This document shows, piece after piece, positions 27,785 through 41,897 of a DNA stretch of 64,000 nt (the stretch's first letter is position 1; each line of letters begins with the position of its first letter). Below the pieces are notes generated by a model that was given only the letters and a program-made list of their open reading frames with translations, was not told the DNA's origin and made no database searches. The stretch lies in NCBI RefSeq assembly GCF_006345805.1, contig NC_043003.1, positions 23,746,001 to 23,810,000 on the forward strand. The letters run 5' to 3'. Origin of the DNA: Octopus sinensis (taxonomy: Eukaryota). The position numbers were made by a program, and so were the translations under genes.

Positions 27785-28835
27785 TCTACTAGAAAACTGG
27801 AAATGTTACTTAGATGACTGCTTAATCTTATGAACGTACACATTTCAACAACTTATAGATTTTCAAAATCAAATCAACAGCATAAACAATAAGATTAACT
27901 TTACTATGGAATACAGAAAACCTCATCTATCATTCTTGGACATACTAATCATCAAACGAGATAAAATCATTGAAACAGATATTCACTGCAAACAAACAGA
28001 TTCTAAACAACACTTACTGTTCTCCTCATACCAAACGATACACGCGAAGAATATCCCCTTCAATCTAGCAAGAAGAATCTTCAAATTGTCTCAAATCCTG
28101 AAACTCACAATAGAAGACTCTAGAAACTAAAACAAGTACTGCATAAAAGACCATGTCCATTAATGTTAATAGACAGCAGATTAGAAATTGCCAAAACAGT
28201 AGATATCGAAGAACGAGGAAAAAGGGAAAAAGCTCCAGATATATCCAATAATCTAACCTTTATTACAACACACATCTCAAGTCACACAGAGACTTACAAT
28301 ATTTTTCACCAGAAATTCCCACTACTAAAACAAGATCCAGGAATGAAATAAGCATTTGAAATGCACAAAGTAATCAAAATTAAAAGACAATCAAAGTCCC
28401 TCAAAAATTTCCTCACGAATGCTAAATTATCTTACACAATTCCTACCCCAACAGTCAAACAATGTGGCCGCTCCAATTGCGCAACCTGCATCGACCTTAC
28501 TGAAGACTGACATACAAATTCAAACCAGGAGAAACTTTTAACGTAAAAAATTCACTTTACATGTTCTTCAAGGACTTTAATATATGCTGTCAAATGTCAA
28601 GCATGTAATGAAGATTGCATAAAATATAGACTGATCATTCACCGACAACAAATACGAGACCCCAGTATTAGACAGATCCCGCTGAGTCGTCACAAAGACA
28701 TATGTGCAAAAAACAAGTCTCCCAAATTTTAGGTTTTCCCACTCTGCCGATGTTCAGCGAATACCACAGATGAATCACGGGTAAACTAAGAAAATACTTT
28801 CATACAAAAGTACAAACCAAGACTTAACAAACTTT
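27785..28835 (+). pseudogene. Penelope-like RT C-terminus plus GIY-YIG, decayed
   Basis: WKCYLDDCLI, INFTMEY..LSFLDILI, ETDIHCKQTDS, KQCGRSNCATC, LIYAVKCQAC and FIQKYKPRLN, with stops and frameshifts. Confidence 0.92.
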
Positions 28836-29499
28836 AACAGATTACATACACACATAACTATTCACACAGAAAATTCATTCTACAACTTATAATGAGGAAG
28901 CTACACAGCTAACAACCTAAATATTAACAGAATCTAGCGTTGTTAAGAAATTCTATCACGTTAAAGGATGACGTAAATAATAGATATGGATAAAATAAAT
29001 AGAAATATATATTTTAGCAGTGAAAATAACAAATAAACCTGATGTAATATGCAAATTAATGGGAAATTTCTAAATTCTCAATAACTTAAAACTAAAACAT
29101 TATACGTAAAATACATAAAAATACACTAAATTTCGATAAATTAATATATATTCATAAATTCATAAATTTATTTTATAAACATCTTGGTTTAATCTTATTC
29201 TATTTATGTTCATACACTACATAATCTACGGCTAATTTATATTCATTATCCTACAACAAATTATAACTACATAAATTAGTAACATAAATTAGGTTTTATA
29301 TATATACACACAAATTTGCTAAACGTATTATATAAGTAATTTAAACTATGTCTACATTTAATTTTTCTCTCATCTTGCAAATTAATTATTTAAAAAAATG
29401 TTTCTCCCATCTTGCAAATTAATCAGTTTTTTTTAATTCGGTAGTAATATCTCCATTTGTACATAGTAAACAAAAATTATTACCTATTCGATAAGATTT

Positions 29500-30100
29500 A
29501 GCTTTACAAACTCCCATTTTAAATTATACTTAGTTCCTTTAGATTTCAATTCCCATATATTTTTGCTAGGGTAGTAGAATTAATCAATGTTTTATTCTTA
29601 AACGAATGCATATGTTGAGCCACCCTCAATTTATTTTTATTAGAAGCCGACCCCACGTAAATCGCATTTAAATAATAATTATTCCAATTAATATTATCAT
29701 CTTTCAGAGTCACAACACATTTATATACTAAATCATCCAAATTAAATTTATTTTTAAATATACATTTTGCCTTATCTCTGCATGTAGATATAATTATATT
29801 CTGGTCTTTATTATCATTGGAATAAATTATTTCATTTGTTAATATAAAACTTATTCAGCTTAAATCTATTAAAAGAAGAAATAATGTTACCAACATTATT
29901 AGTAATAGAATACCCAACTCAAAAATTATTACTAGAAAAATGTTATTAGATTTTATATTATCTATAATGAATACTTCAATTAGTTTTGCAATGTTTGCTC
30001 TAACTTGAGCCCGATAAAGAATAATTAACCAAATTTTGTTCTTATTATTAACATTATTTTTATTTGTTATATCGTTATATCTATTATTATCATTAAACAA
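29500..30100 (-). pseudogene. Very AT-rich Penelope-like GIY-YIG relic from a different lineage
   Basis: LVYKCVVT..IYVGSASNKNKLRVAQHMHSFKNKTLINSTTLAK, matching the Y.G..FK.R...H..SF..ST.LS pattern. Confidence 0.7.
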
Positions 30101-30282
30101 ACTAAATTTATTCTTATCTATTAGTCTATTATTATATTTATTTTTTGTATTTTAGTCTATTATTATGTTTATTTTTTGTATTTTGGTAATATCTTTCACT
30201 ATTAATTGAACTACTCAATAGAGGTTTTTGTCTCCTAATATCAATAATAATAATAATAATAATTATATATATATATATTCCT

Positions 30283-30389
30283 TTATTCGTTTATTCTTTT
30301 ACGTGTTTCAATCATTTGGCTGCGGCCAAGCTGGAGGTATTAGTGGGTGGACAAAAACAGACACACAAATACATACATACATACATACA

Positions 30390-30475
<86 letters not shown>

Positions 30476-30712
30476 TATATATATATTTATATACAAGCAT
30501 ATATATATATATGTGTGTGCGTGTATATGTATGTAAGTATATATATATATATGTACAACGAACTTCTTTCCGTTTCTGTCTAACAAGTACACTCAGAATG
30601 CTTGGATCGGCCCGAGACTATACCAGAAGACACTTGCCCAAAGAGCCACGCACTGGGACTGAACCCGGAACCACATAGTTGGGAAGCAAGTTCCTTACCA
30701 CACAGCCACGCC
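30283..30712 (-). mobile_element. SINE family A with a middle deletion
   Basis: Head and core plus the tail ctccagcttggccgcagccaaatgattgaaacacgtaaaag. Confidence 0.85.
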
Positions 30713-30945
30713 TAATATTATATTTATTAATAAATAATATCAATAATCATATAAGTGGCCAGCAAGTACTAAAGCTAAAAAGCAAATTTACGATCAATTA
30801 TTAATTATAATTGAGGATATGAAGTACCAGCGTTGCTAGAAATAAGCATTTTTGTCGGCGTGCTACCGATACGGCCAGCTCGCCACCATCTTAATAATAA
30901 TGATGATGATAATAATGATGACGATGATAATGATGATGATGACAA

Positions 30946-31460
30946 TGTCCTGATGCTGTACCAGGCAATGGCTCTCGTGGCTTCTGATCTTAACTAATTG
31001 GAATGTTCTCATGTATACTGTTTTGTCTTGCTTTAAATATGGGGCACACCAAATATTCTGCTCAGTACCACAGATTTGCTTGTCAGTTGTTTGATCTTAA
31101 CCAGTTGAGCTAGTGGCTGATGGTCTATGTATCTCTGATCACGAACATAGCCACGTGTTGAGTGGAATTCTTTGGGGTTTGGATAATTCACCTTTGGCAA
31201 CATGGGTGTTTCGTTCATCATCCTTAAACAAACCTTATTCAGGGAACGTTTTGAGCAGGATGGGCTACTCGATCTGAAGAAAATTCTAATTAGGCCTCAC
31301 CTGCAAGTTCATGCGTTGTTTATCTTGATATGAGATCAGCATGTCACGCACATAGGGTTGTGATGCATGGTGTATCTTCATCAGACGTGAAGTCATGACT
31401 GGTATACTGGGCTTCATATATTTTACCCCGGTGTCACTTTGATGACATCCCCGCTCGCTT
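30946..31460. mobile_element. About 500-bp element embedded in (AAT/GAT)n, copy 1
   Basis: Collinear with 42611-43122; trinucleotide flanks on both sides. Confidence 0.88.
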
Positions 31461-31494
31461 ATTCAATACTAATAATAGTATTATTAATAATAAT

Positions 31495-31875
31495 CCCTTC
31501 TACTGATGGCACAATGCCACATACTTGTGGTGTGGGGACTAGTGGATTACATGAACCCCAGTATGTCACTGGTACATAATTTATCGACCCCGAGATGATA
31601 AAAGGCAAAGTTGACCTCAGTGGAATTTGAACTGAGAATGAAGTGACGGCTGAAATACCCATTTCTTTACTACCCACAAGGGGATAAACACAGAGGGGGA
31701 CAAGCAAGGACAGACAAACGGATTAGGTTTTTTTATATCGACCCCAGTGTTCAACTGGTACTTATTTAATCGACCCCGAAAGGATGAAAGGCAAAGTCGA
31801 CCTCGTCGGAATTTGAACTGAGAACGTAACGGCAGATGAAATACTGCTCAGCATTTCGCCCGGCGTGGTAAAGTT
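31495..31875 (-). mobile_element. SINE family E, duplicated or tandem form
   Basis: Two successive E cores (atcgacccc..aaaggcaaagt..acctc) ending in cagctcgccgcc. Confidence 0.87.
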
Positions 31876-32591
31876 TCTGCCAGCTCGCCGCCTTAATAAC
31901 ATCAACAACAACAAGAACGTACTACTACTACTACTACTATTAATACAATAATAATACTAATAATAATAATAATAAGAAGAAGAAGAATAAGAAGAAGAAG
32001 AGAAGAAGAAGAAAAGAAGAAGAGAAGAAGAAGAGAAGAAGAAGAAGAAGAAGAAGAAAAGAAGAAGAAGGAAAAGGGCTTGGCGTTTTATTTGTAAAAA
32101 ATCCGGATCATATGTGTAACAAACCGATCAACGATGAAGAGTTTCCACCATGGAGAGGCAGTTATAAGGTGTGTATGCCAATTGTTTTCCAAGTATTTTA
32201 AAATAAATTTATCGATTTGAGAAAGTAATTTTCGGCCACATCTTTATTCGTTTTCCGTTTTTAATCTTTGCAAGTCTCTACAAAGTTGCATGTCTTACTC
32301 TATATCAGTAGTTACATATTCTATATCAGTAGTTATATACTTCACAAAACTGATTCCAACAAATATAAACATTTTAAAGTTTCAGCTAGTTACATCAAAT
32401 GCTCTCCTTTGTGCTTATTATCTGGCCGATAGGATTGCTATACATTACAGTAAATCATACATATTTAAATGGACGGTTTGGGTTAATATCGATCAGTGAA
32501 TAACATTTTTTTATTTTCCTTTAACGTGATCAATCCCCAACCGCTTACAATATTCAAAAGACCACTGAAGAATTGTAGAACAAGATATATG

Positions 32592-32613
32592 CTTCCGGCG
32601 GCAAATGACGTCA
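32592..32613. promoter_or_regulatory. Adjacent ETS-like (CTTCCGG) and CRE (TGACGTCA) motifs
   Basis: Motif match only, in non-repeat sequence. Confidence 0.2.
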
Positions 32614-33267
32614 GTGGATTTTAAGCCGTAGAGATATTTCACCTAATTTATGCACCAATTTCCTCCTATCAAAACGAGTGCATTAAAATTTTTCCTTATC
32701 ACTTGGGCTATTTTATAGAAAATTTGCAATTAGAATACGATTCTAAAGATATCTTTTGCATACTTTATGTTCATGGTGTGCCAAGCTAAAATAGGCAAGG
32801 GTCAGAATGATATAAAGTACATTATCTCGTTCCTCTACATTCTAATTTCAAATATCGCCCAAGGGAATTTATATATCCTTTACTTTAGTGTTTGTTACAA
32901 TACATTACTATACACATGTACTATTTTTCTAACAATGTCAGGTGTCGATGTTTACCAGACAAGTAGAAACGACTTTTCCTGTAACATTGTAAGCAACACG
33001 TAAATGATTATCTCTCTTCTCACTAGGCCTCAAATATCTTTAGTGAAACATGAATTGATGTGAAGTGCACATTTATGCAAGTTGCTTGGCGTCCTACATG
33101 AATTCATGTTTGTATATAGTATAGGACACATTTCACTACAGCTAATAATAACCGTAGCATATTACTTTCCTATTACTGTGACGGGCATTTTGCGAGGTAT
33201 GGCGCGCGTAGATATTGGAGTTATCCATTTATCATACATATATAATATATATATATATATATATATA

Positions 33268-33588
33268 GTTAAGTGGCTAGAGCGTCGAGCTTACGATCAT
33301 GAGGTTGTGAGTTCGAATCCTGGACCGGGTTGCGTGCTGTGTTCTTGAGGAAGACACTTTACTTCACGTTGCTCCAGTTTACTCAGGTGTAGAAATGAGT
33401 TGCGACGTCACAGGTGCTAAGCTGTATAGGCCCTTGCCTTTCCCATGGATAACACTGGTGGTGTGGAGAGGGGAGGCCGGTATGCATGGGCGACTGCTGG
33501 TCTTCTATAAACAACCTTGCTCAGACTTGTGCCTGGGAGGGTAACTTTCTAGGTGCAATCCCATGGCCAGTCATGACTGAGGTGCCTC
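33268..33588 (+). mobile_element. SINE family D (B1-type core, different tail)
   Basis: B-box gagttcgaatcc; core tgtgttcttgaggaagacactttacttcacgttgctccagt. Confidence 0.85.
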
Positions 33589-33603
33589 AATATATATAAA
33601 TAA

Positions 33604-33636
<33 letters not shown>

Positions 33637-33663
33637 ATATAGATATATATATATATATATACC

Positions 33664-33812
33664 TGACGGGCTTCTTTCCGCTTCCGTCTACCAAATCCTT
33701 GGTAAGCGCGAGGCTATGGTAGAAGAAACTTGCCCAAAGTGCCATGCAGTGGGACTCAACCCGGAACCATGCGTTTGGGAAGCAAGCCTCTTATCACACA
33801 GCCATGTCTGCA
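33664..33812 (-). mobile_element. SINE family A, 5' half only
   Basis: Head and core ending at the internal microsatellite. Confidence 0.85.
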
Positions 33813-33957
33813 CCTATACACACATATTTATATATAAATATACATATATATATATAAATATACATACATATACATACATATATATATACATATATATGTA
33901 CATATATATACATATATATGTGCATATATATATACACACATATATATATATATATAA

Positions 33958-34110
33958 AATTTCCCCAAGACACCTGATGAAGGCTGGAGGGAATATCAGC
34001 CGAAACGCTGTGTTAACAACAAACAAGATGAGGACAAATATCCGTCAAATATAAATAATGTAAATAATGTAAATAATGTACATTATTCCTCATCTCTTAA
34101 ATATAAAACA
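33958..34110 (+). mobile_element. Hammerhead 3' module, 5'-truncated copy of the composite SINE
   Basis: GACAC-CTGATGA-A-GGCTG..CAGCC-GAAAC-GCT-GTGTT at 33969-34014, then the (AATGTAAAT)n tail; matches 43300-43445. Confidence 0.85.
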
Positions 34111-34227
34111 TATCCGGAAGTATTCTAAAACATATTATTAGTATTATTAATCATTACTTAAGATAATTATATTCTTGATGCGTATTTAATTTTAATCTAA
34201 AGATTTTATATATCAAGTACAAAATAT

Positions 34228-34405
34228 TCTTTTCTACTCTAGGCACATGGCCCGAAATTTTTGTGGAGGGGCCAGTCGATTACATCAACCCCACTGCGCA
34301 ACTGGTACTTAGTTTATCAACCCCGCGAAAGGACGAGAGGCAAATTCGACATCAACAGAAATTCGAACTCAGAACGATCAAGTATAAAATATTGCCATGC
34401 CTTCC
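34228..34405 (-). mobile_element. SINE family E, diverged
   Basis: Collinear with 13209-13428. Confidence 0.75.
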
Positions 34406-35580
34406 GCTACTTTTATTTTTCAAGCACAGACAGATAAAATATGAATGCGATAACGGTTGGATTTGAACCGAAGAACTAAATATTGCGAGACATTTTCTTT
34501 TGCTCACTATCGATTACACATATCACTGTCATATTACAGGATAATGATCTGATATTTATAAAAAAATATTTAATTCACTCGAGGAAAAACGCAGAAGATT
34601 GTATCAACACAAATATGTCATTTGTACGCTCTCTTCAATGCTCAGGGGAGGAAATACCAGGTTAAGAGCAATGATGTGAGTGAAGTAGATAAAAAGAGAC
34701 GAAGCAAATGCAAAGAGAGTGTTATGTCGAATACTCAATCATTTCCGCTACAACCGTCAGTTTCTTAAGAACATGTTGATAGCTGCTAAATTAGTATGAC
34801 TTCCCCACCGATACAATATCAGACATAATACAGGAATACCTGACAAAAACTCATTCATAACAGGAACTAAATTACTGCCATATAAACTGCTGCTGATCAG
34901 GTTTCCCTTGATATTCCAAACATAGAAATCTTGCCATCGAAATTTATTAATATACAGATATATAATCTATTCCCAATACACACATTTTGTGTCATTCACT
35001 TTGGTTGCTGTTTAATATATAATCTCTTCCCCTGCTCTGTTTCAATATGTCTATGAAACTTACCTTCTCTCTCTCACTCTCACTCTCTCTCTCTGTCTCT
35101 CTCTGTCTCTGTCTCTCTGTAAAATGTACATCAATGACTTACTTGACATTGCATACAACAATACCCTAATTTATATGGATGATGTAAACTTTGGGTAAAC
35201 CTCATCCTCCTCGAAAGTCTGACATCAGCACGGAACCTAGGCATCACATGACAAAATTGATTCGATTCCACGAAGACAAATCTTGAGAGCATTCTTCAGT
35301 AGAAAGTGAATTTAACAGCACATACAAAAAATGTCTCAACTCCACTTGTCAGTGTCCTTCAGCGGGGCCATGCCTCTCTTGTCTATTTTAAAAAGATAAA
35401 AATCAACCAATCAAAAAAGCAAAGAAATTAACCCTATCACCAACTAAACATGAGAAGTATTCAACTAGAGCCCAGATGAAAGGCTAGAAGTTCCTACCGT
35501 TAATCGGCTATATTTACATACCGAATTCTACCAGTAAATAATTGTGGTCTTTTTTAAAAACATTATAGAAATTATTTATT

Positions 35581-35635
<55 letters not shown>

Positions 35636-35636
<1 letters not shown>

Positions 35637-35798
35637 ACGACGGGCTTCTTTCAGTTTCTGTCTCCAAATCCAGTCGCAAGGCTTAGTCGGCCCGAGGCTA
35701 TAGTAGAACACGCTTGCCCAAGGTGCCACGCAGTGGGACTGAACCCGGAACCATGTAGTTGGTAAGCAAGCTACTTACCGCAGAGCCACTTCTGCGCC
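35636..35798 (-). mobile_element. SINE family A, 5' half only
   Basis: Head and core ending at (AT)n. Confidence 0.88.
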
Positions 35799-36130
35799 TA
35801 TGTATATATTTCTTATACACACGCATGAATAAATTTGCGGCAATTTTTACTATTACCAAAAGTGCTTCAAGCATAGTAGCAGGATATAAGTAGATTGATT
35901 TGAATATTGCGTAAAACGAAAAGGTAAAAGAATATGGTATATTTTTGTTTTCCTATATTCATTTTTATTTTTGATCGATATCCTGAAGGCTGTAAAGAAT
36001 TTGGTTATTAAACCGTTGAAATATGAATAGTAATAAAGCTTGGAGGATATATATGCACAAAGTATTATAATATGCTAAAGACAAATACCTATAGGAAGAC
36101 GATAAATATATAGATATATATATATATATA

Positions 36131-36197
<67 letters not shown>

Positions 36198-36972
36198 ATA
36201 TATATATATGTTAGTGCGTACGTGTGTATAATTTTATGGTGAATAATTGTATGTATGTATTGTATGTATATCTATAGAGAAACAGTAGGGAGGTCTTATA
36301 TATACATATATCTCTGTATATGAACGCATATCTGTGTGAGTGCGTGAGGGTGTATTTATATATGTATGTATATAGGTGCATGTGTCAAAGAATATAGTCA
36401 TATTTCCTTTGTGTAGGTTGCTATTCAAAGAAATCTGTCGAAGCAAGTTTTATTTTCAATGAATAATGGATGAATTTATAATGTGGAAGTAAAACATACT
36501 TTGTAATTTTGTAACGATTTTGTCCTTTTACACTCAGACACAAATGCATACCCGCACACACGCAAACACGCACACCCGCACACCCGCACACCCACACGTA
36601 TACGCACGCATAGTTCAACTGGGAATAGAGCACGGACATTTTTTGTTTCAGATCGACAATTTAAATTAGAGTACTTGTTAACCACTCCGTTTGACCCTTG
36701 CATTTACAGCTACTATTCATCGCAGTCTTCCATACATATATCTATTCATAAAAACAATTACGTATATAAATATATGGTTGGATTTGGTTGGCAAGATTCT
36801 TTATGAGAGTTCGTGTGTTGAAGCATATTTTGTTGTGCCGGGAAGAGTCTTTCTCTTTTAGTACCTTATAATTTACCACACTGCTAAAGTAAATGAGCGA
36901 AAACTTTATCGTTAAGTCTGTTGAATTATAAGGCACTAAAAGAGAATGACTCTTCCCCAGATGCAAGAGTAA

Positions 36973-37024
<52 letters not shown>

Positions 37025-37047
37025 AGGCGTACCAGTAATTGTGTAAT

Positions 37048-37365
37048 AAGTAGCTTCCTTACCAACCAAATGGTGCCGGGTGCAGCCTACTACGTGGCAT
37101 ATTGGGCAAGTGTCTTCTACTATAGCTTCGGGCCGACCAAAGCCTTGCGAGTGGATTTGGTAGAAGGAAACTGAAGGAAGCCCGTCATATATACATATAT
37201 ATGTGGGGGGTGTCTGTGTGTGAGAGTGTGTATTTGTGTGTCCGTGTTTGTCCCCCCAACATCGCTTGACAAACGATGCTGGTGTGTTTACGTTTCCGAA
37301 TCCTAGGTGTTCGGCAAAAGAGACTGATAGAATAAGTATTAATCTTACAAAGAATAAGTAAATAA
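37048..37365 (+). mobile_element. SINE family A, tail missing
   Basis: Collinear with 14607-15058. Confidence 0.85.
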
Positions 37366-37555
37366 AGAAGACAGGTTGTGCGGTGCGCTACATAGACAAA
37401 ACGAGGGTTGTGCAGAAAGAACACACCAAGGAGAAAAGTTAAGGGAACCACATCAAATGGAAAAGCCCCCAAAACAGCACAAAATACCGTAACTTAGGTG
37501 AAAATATAACAAATGGGAAACTGGGCAAAAACAAGATACAAGAAACATTAGCTTC

Positions 37556-38190
37556 TCCTACTATATCCTCGGTCCAACCAAATTCTTGTGAGTGGATTTG
37601 GCAACGGAAACTAAAAGAAGCCCGTCGAATGGTAAATAGCTTGCTTACCAACCACATGGTTCCGGGTTCAGTCCCACTGCTTGGCATATTGGGCACGTGC
37701 CTTCTACTATAGCCTCGTGCCGACCAAAGCCTTGTGAGTGGAAAAATAAAGAAACCCGTCGTATATATATATATATATATATTGTGTGTGTGGTATGTTG
37801 GTGTGTCTGTTTTGGTCCCCTCCCAACATCGCATGACAACCGTATTCTAGAGATTTGCCAAAAGAGACCGCTAGAATAAATACTAGACTTACAAAAGTCC
37901 TGATATCGATTTCGTCGACTAAATGTGGTGCTCCAGCATGGCCGCAGTCAAGTGACAAAACAAGTAAAAGAATATATATATATATATATATTTATATATG
38001 TGTGTTTGTGTGTGTGCGTGTATGTGTGTGTATGTATGTGTATGTATTTGTGTGTCTGTTTTTCCCCCACCATTGCTTGACCGGTAGTATAAGTAGCAAG
38101 CTAATAAAGTATAAGTCCTGGGGTCGATTTTTTGTACTTAAGGCGGTGCTCCAGCATGACTGCTGTCAAATAACCGAAACAAGTAAAAGT
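37556..38190 (+). mobile_element. Two nested or adjacent SINE family A copies
   Basis: Core at 37556-37628, a full copy at about 37629-37970, and a 3' half at about 38040-38190. Confidence 0.8.
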
Positions 38191-38487
38191 ATATATATAT
38201 ATATAGTTTTTTGAGGGTGTACAAGGTGTACAAGGCTGTCAGTGGTTTCATGTAAAGAAATGCTGAGAAATATAAGTGCGCCACAACGAGGTGTTAGTAA
38301 TTATCCCTATTTGGAATGGGAATACCAGGTATAGTTAACCCACAAATGAAAAACATCTATCCACCAATGCGATATTGAGCAATGTTCAATAGTAGCGTGC
38401 GGGCGTGTGCGCGAATTTTATATAAACATATATTATATATATATATATATACATGTATGTGTGTGTGTGTGTGTATGTGTGTGTGTG

Positions 38488-38521
<34 letters not shown>

Positions 38522-38761
38522 CGTGTGTCTGTGTGTGTGTGCGTATACATACTCACACACATACAAGTATAGATATAAGTGTACATATATCTACATAACG
38601 GATACGTGGACATGTATATATATACATATACTTTATGTATTTGTGTGTGCAATTAAATGTTTGTTTTCCGCAAATATATGTATTTATGCATGGAAGCCTT
38701 TATCTTGCTTTTGTATAAATTATGAAAACTTCCGTCTTATATATATATATGTGTGTGTGTG

Positions 38762-38813
<52 letters not shown>

Positions 38814-38832
38814 ATGTGTGTGTGTGTGTGTG

Positions 38833-38866
<34 letters not shown>

Positions 38867-38959
38867 CGTATAATATATAACTAATATATAAATATATGCA
38901 TATATACATACATTATATGACATACCTACATATATATGTATATGAACATGCATATATGG

Positions 38960-39090
38960 GTACAGGACATCAAATAATGTTAAACACAATGGGAAACGAA
39001 AACACAAAAACAAAAACATAGAAAACGAACCTTTTTGGAACAAGGAAAAAGTACAGGGAAACGAGACATGCAACATAAGAATATTCCCAT
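38960..39090 (+). mobile_element. (AT)n-abutting repeat family F (starts GGGTACAGGAC)
   Basis: Aligns with the reverse complement of 53595-53737, and its start matches 48632. Confidence 0.7.
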
Positions 39091-39094
39091 ATAT

Positions 39095-39136
<42 letters not shown>

Positions 39137-39379
39137 TATAATATATATACATATATATATATGTATATATATATATACATATATATATATATAAATACAT
39201 ACATATATATAAATACATACATATATATAATATACATATATATACACACATATATATACATATATATACATATATAGAAATTCGGGGTGAGTACTTGATA
39301 TATACATATATATATATATATATATAATGAGCACACATATATGAAGATACTGATGATAGTACACAAACGCATATATATA

Positions 39380-39419
<40 letters not shown>

Positions 39420-40355
39420 ATATGGGTATATATATATACGTATGTATGTATTATGAGAGAACGAGAGAGAGAGAGACTGAAAGCGACAGAAATGGTGGAA
39501 AAAAGAATACATAACTGAGTGTAATGAGACAGAGAACTTCATAAGTAACTATAGCACATGTTCTGCATACAGCCATACATACGTATTACTCATATAGACA
39601 TGCGAATGCATACACATACAGAAACACACACATATTAGTACAATGTAAATGAAGATCATCTATTAATAACTCACAGATAACCGAGTAATAGTGTTTTTGA
39701 CATAAATGATATCACCATTCCTACATCTTTTTACCAAAGTCGGATCAGGTTAATTACTCTCTTCAATCACGTAGAGTCACCCATATTTTGGGGGCGTCGT
39801 TTTCAATGGTAATGACATATAAAAATTTATACCCATAATTAGTAGCAGTTGAAATTCTAGACGAAATCAAACAGTTACATTTCATCTCATACAATAAACA
39901 CTTTTTGGATAAGTATATTTTGAGACAAATCATTCAGTAAAATGTTATTCTTTGCAGTCGTGGAATCAGAGAATCTGAATAGTTTTGAAGCAGGCCAAAG
40001 TTCAGGCACTAGGATCAATATCTTGATTCATAGCAAGTATAAAACTGCAGACACACGTACACGCACACACGCAAAACACGCGCTGGCACACACACAAACA
40101 CGCACAACACTCGCACACAGACGCACAAAAAATAGTCACAAGCACACACATATCCCTTTGTATGCATATATGTATTTAGGTATGAATGTGTGTACGTTTG
40201 AATGTAAACATGTAGATGTATATATACTCATATATAGTCATTCATAGTTAACATGTGGGATCTAGAGATGTTCAGTATAGAAAACAGGTTGTAATGCGTA
40301 AACTTCAATTCTTAACTAGGAATATGCCCACGGTGGGAAGGAATGGCTATGTATA

Positions 40356-40432
<77 letters not shown>

Positions 40433-40436
40433 TATA

Positions 40437-40467
<31 letters not shown>

Positions 40468-40890
40468 TTAAGGGCGTTACTATACATAAATGCCTCACAC
40501 TAGGAGGGACTCTTAATTCAACACTACCATAATAACCACATTGTACCGATCGAGAAGGAATGCAACTCTCGAAGCGAGCCTCAAAAAAAAACAGACTCAG
40601 CTGCATATCATATGATTTCGTAATTAGTGCAGAAAATGTACTTCTTACTCGTCAGTGCAAGCATAGTCAAGATATAAAAATAAACAAAAATCGACATACC
40701 AGACGAACACCACATGTATCCAGCATAGTATGTAGAAATTGTTTAAACCTATACATCTTCTCTCTGACTTATGGTTTCTTAGATGATTCAGACAATATCT
40801 ATCTATCTATCTATTTATCTATCTATCTCTCTACCTACCTACCTACCTACCTATATATATATAGACAGGTATCTCCCTACACACACACAC

Positions 40891-40978
<88 letters not shown>

Positions 40979-41834
40979 GATTGCAGTGATATAATGTTGT
41001 TTTTCTTGATTTCTTTAGATGTCGAAATGAAACTCAAGAGCGATGCTGTTGCTATTTCTTGTCTTTCAAAAGGATTACGTGAAGAAATCCATTGTTAGAA
41101 CAGCGGAGGAGAGGAAATCATAAAAGAGATTTATCTGGTTTTAAATATGTTGGAATATGATGTAAATAAGCAGAACAAACGTTTGTCCATAGACGGTGTA
41201 TGCATCAAGATGGTATATTTATAGTAAAACATATCAAGCAACAGTACGTTTTTTCTATACAGCTGTTGTCACTACTGCTGCAGTAACGATGATGATGATG
41301 ATGATGATGACAGCGACATCGATGACGATACGACAATGACGACGATTTTTGACACCGACGGAGACGGCAGCGACAACGACGATGACCATAACAGCAACAA
41401 CAACAACGAAAAGGACTGCGACAAAAAATGATGATGGTGTGGAGGAGGAGGCGGAGGAGGAGGGAGAGGAGGAGGAGGTGGAGGAGTATTATGATGACTA
41501 CAAAGAAGAAGAAGAAGAAGAAGATAATGATGATGGGGATAGAGTTTAGGGTGAGAGGAGGAGAAGTTGAGGTATGAGTGTGAGTCTGTGTGTTTGTAAT
41601 GGATGGAGGTGGAGTGATGAAGACTGACCGAAACGTCAATAAAGGCGACAGAAGTGTGGGAAAAAGGAGATTATGACGATATCATTTTCCAATTACAATG
41701 AACTTAGGAATTGTATATATTTTCATTTATGATATTAAAGTTAATATAATGACTTACAAAAGTGAGCACAATATCTTCGCTAATACAGAGAAATCCAATT
41801 AGTTTGCAATTTAAATCTACCATAATGTGTTTAC

Positions 41835-41897
<63 letters not shown>

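Noticed and set aside
38216-38328. Possible 113-bp exon (CTRCTRLSVV..EWEYQ)
   Set aside because: The acceptor context is an AT repeat, and there is no partner exon or recognisable domain.
41612-41640. gtgatgaagactgaccgaaacgtc hammerhead-like string
   Set aside because: C3 is missing and neither stem I nor stem II is convincing; at best a dead relic.
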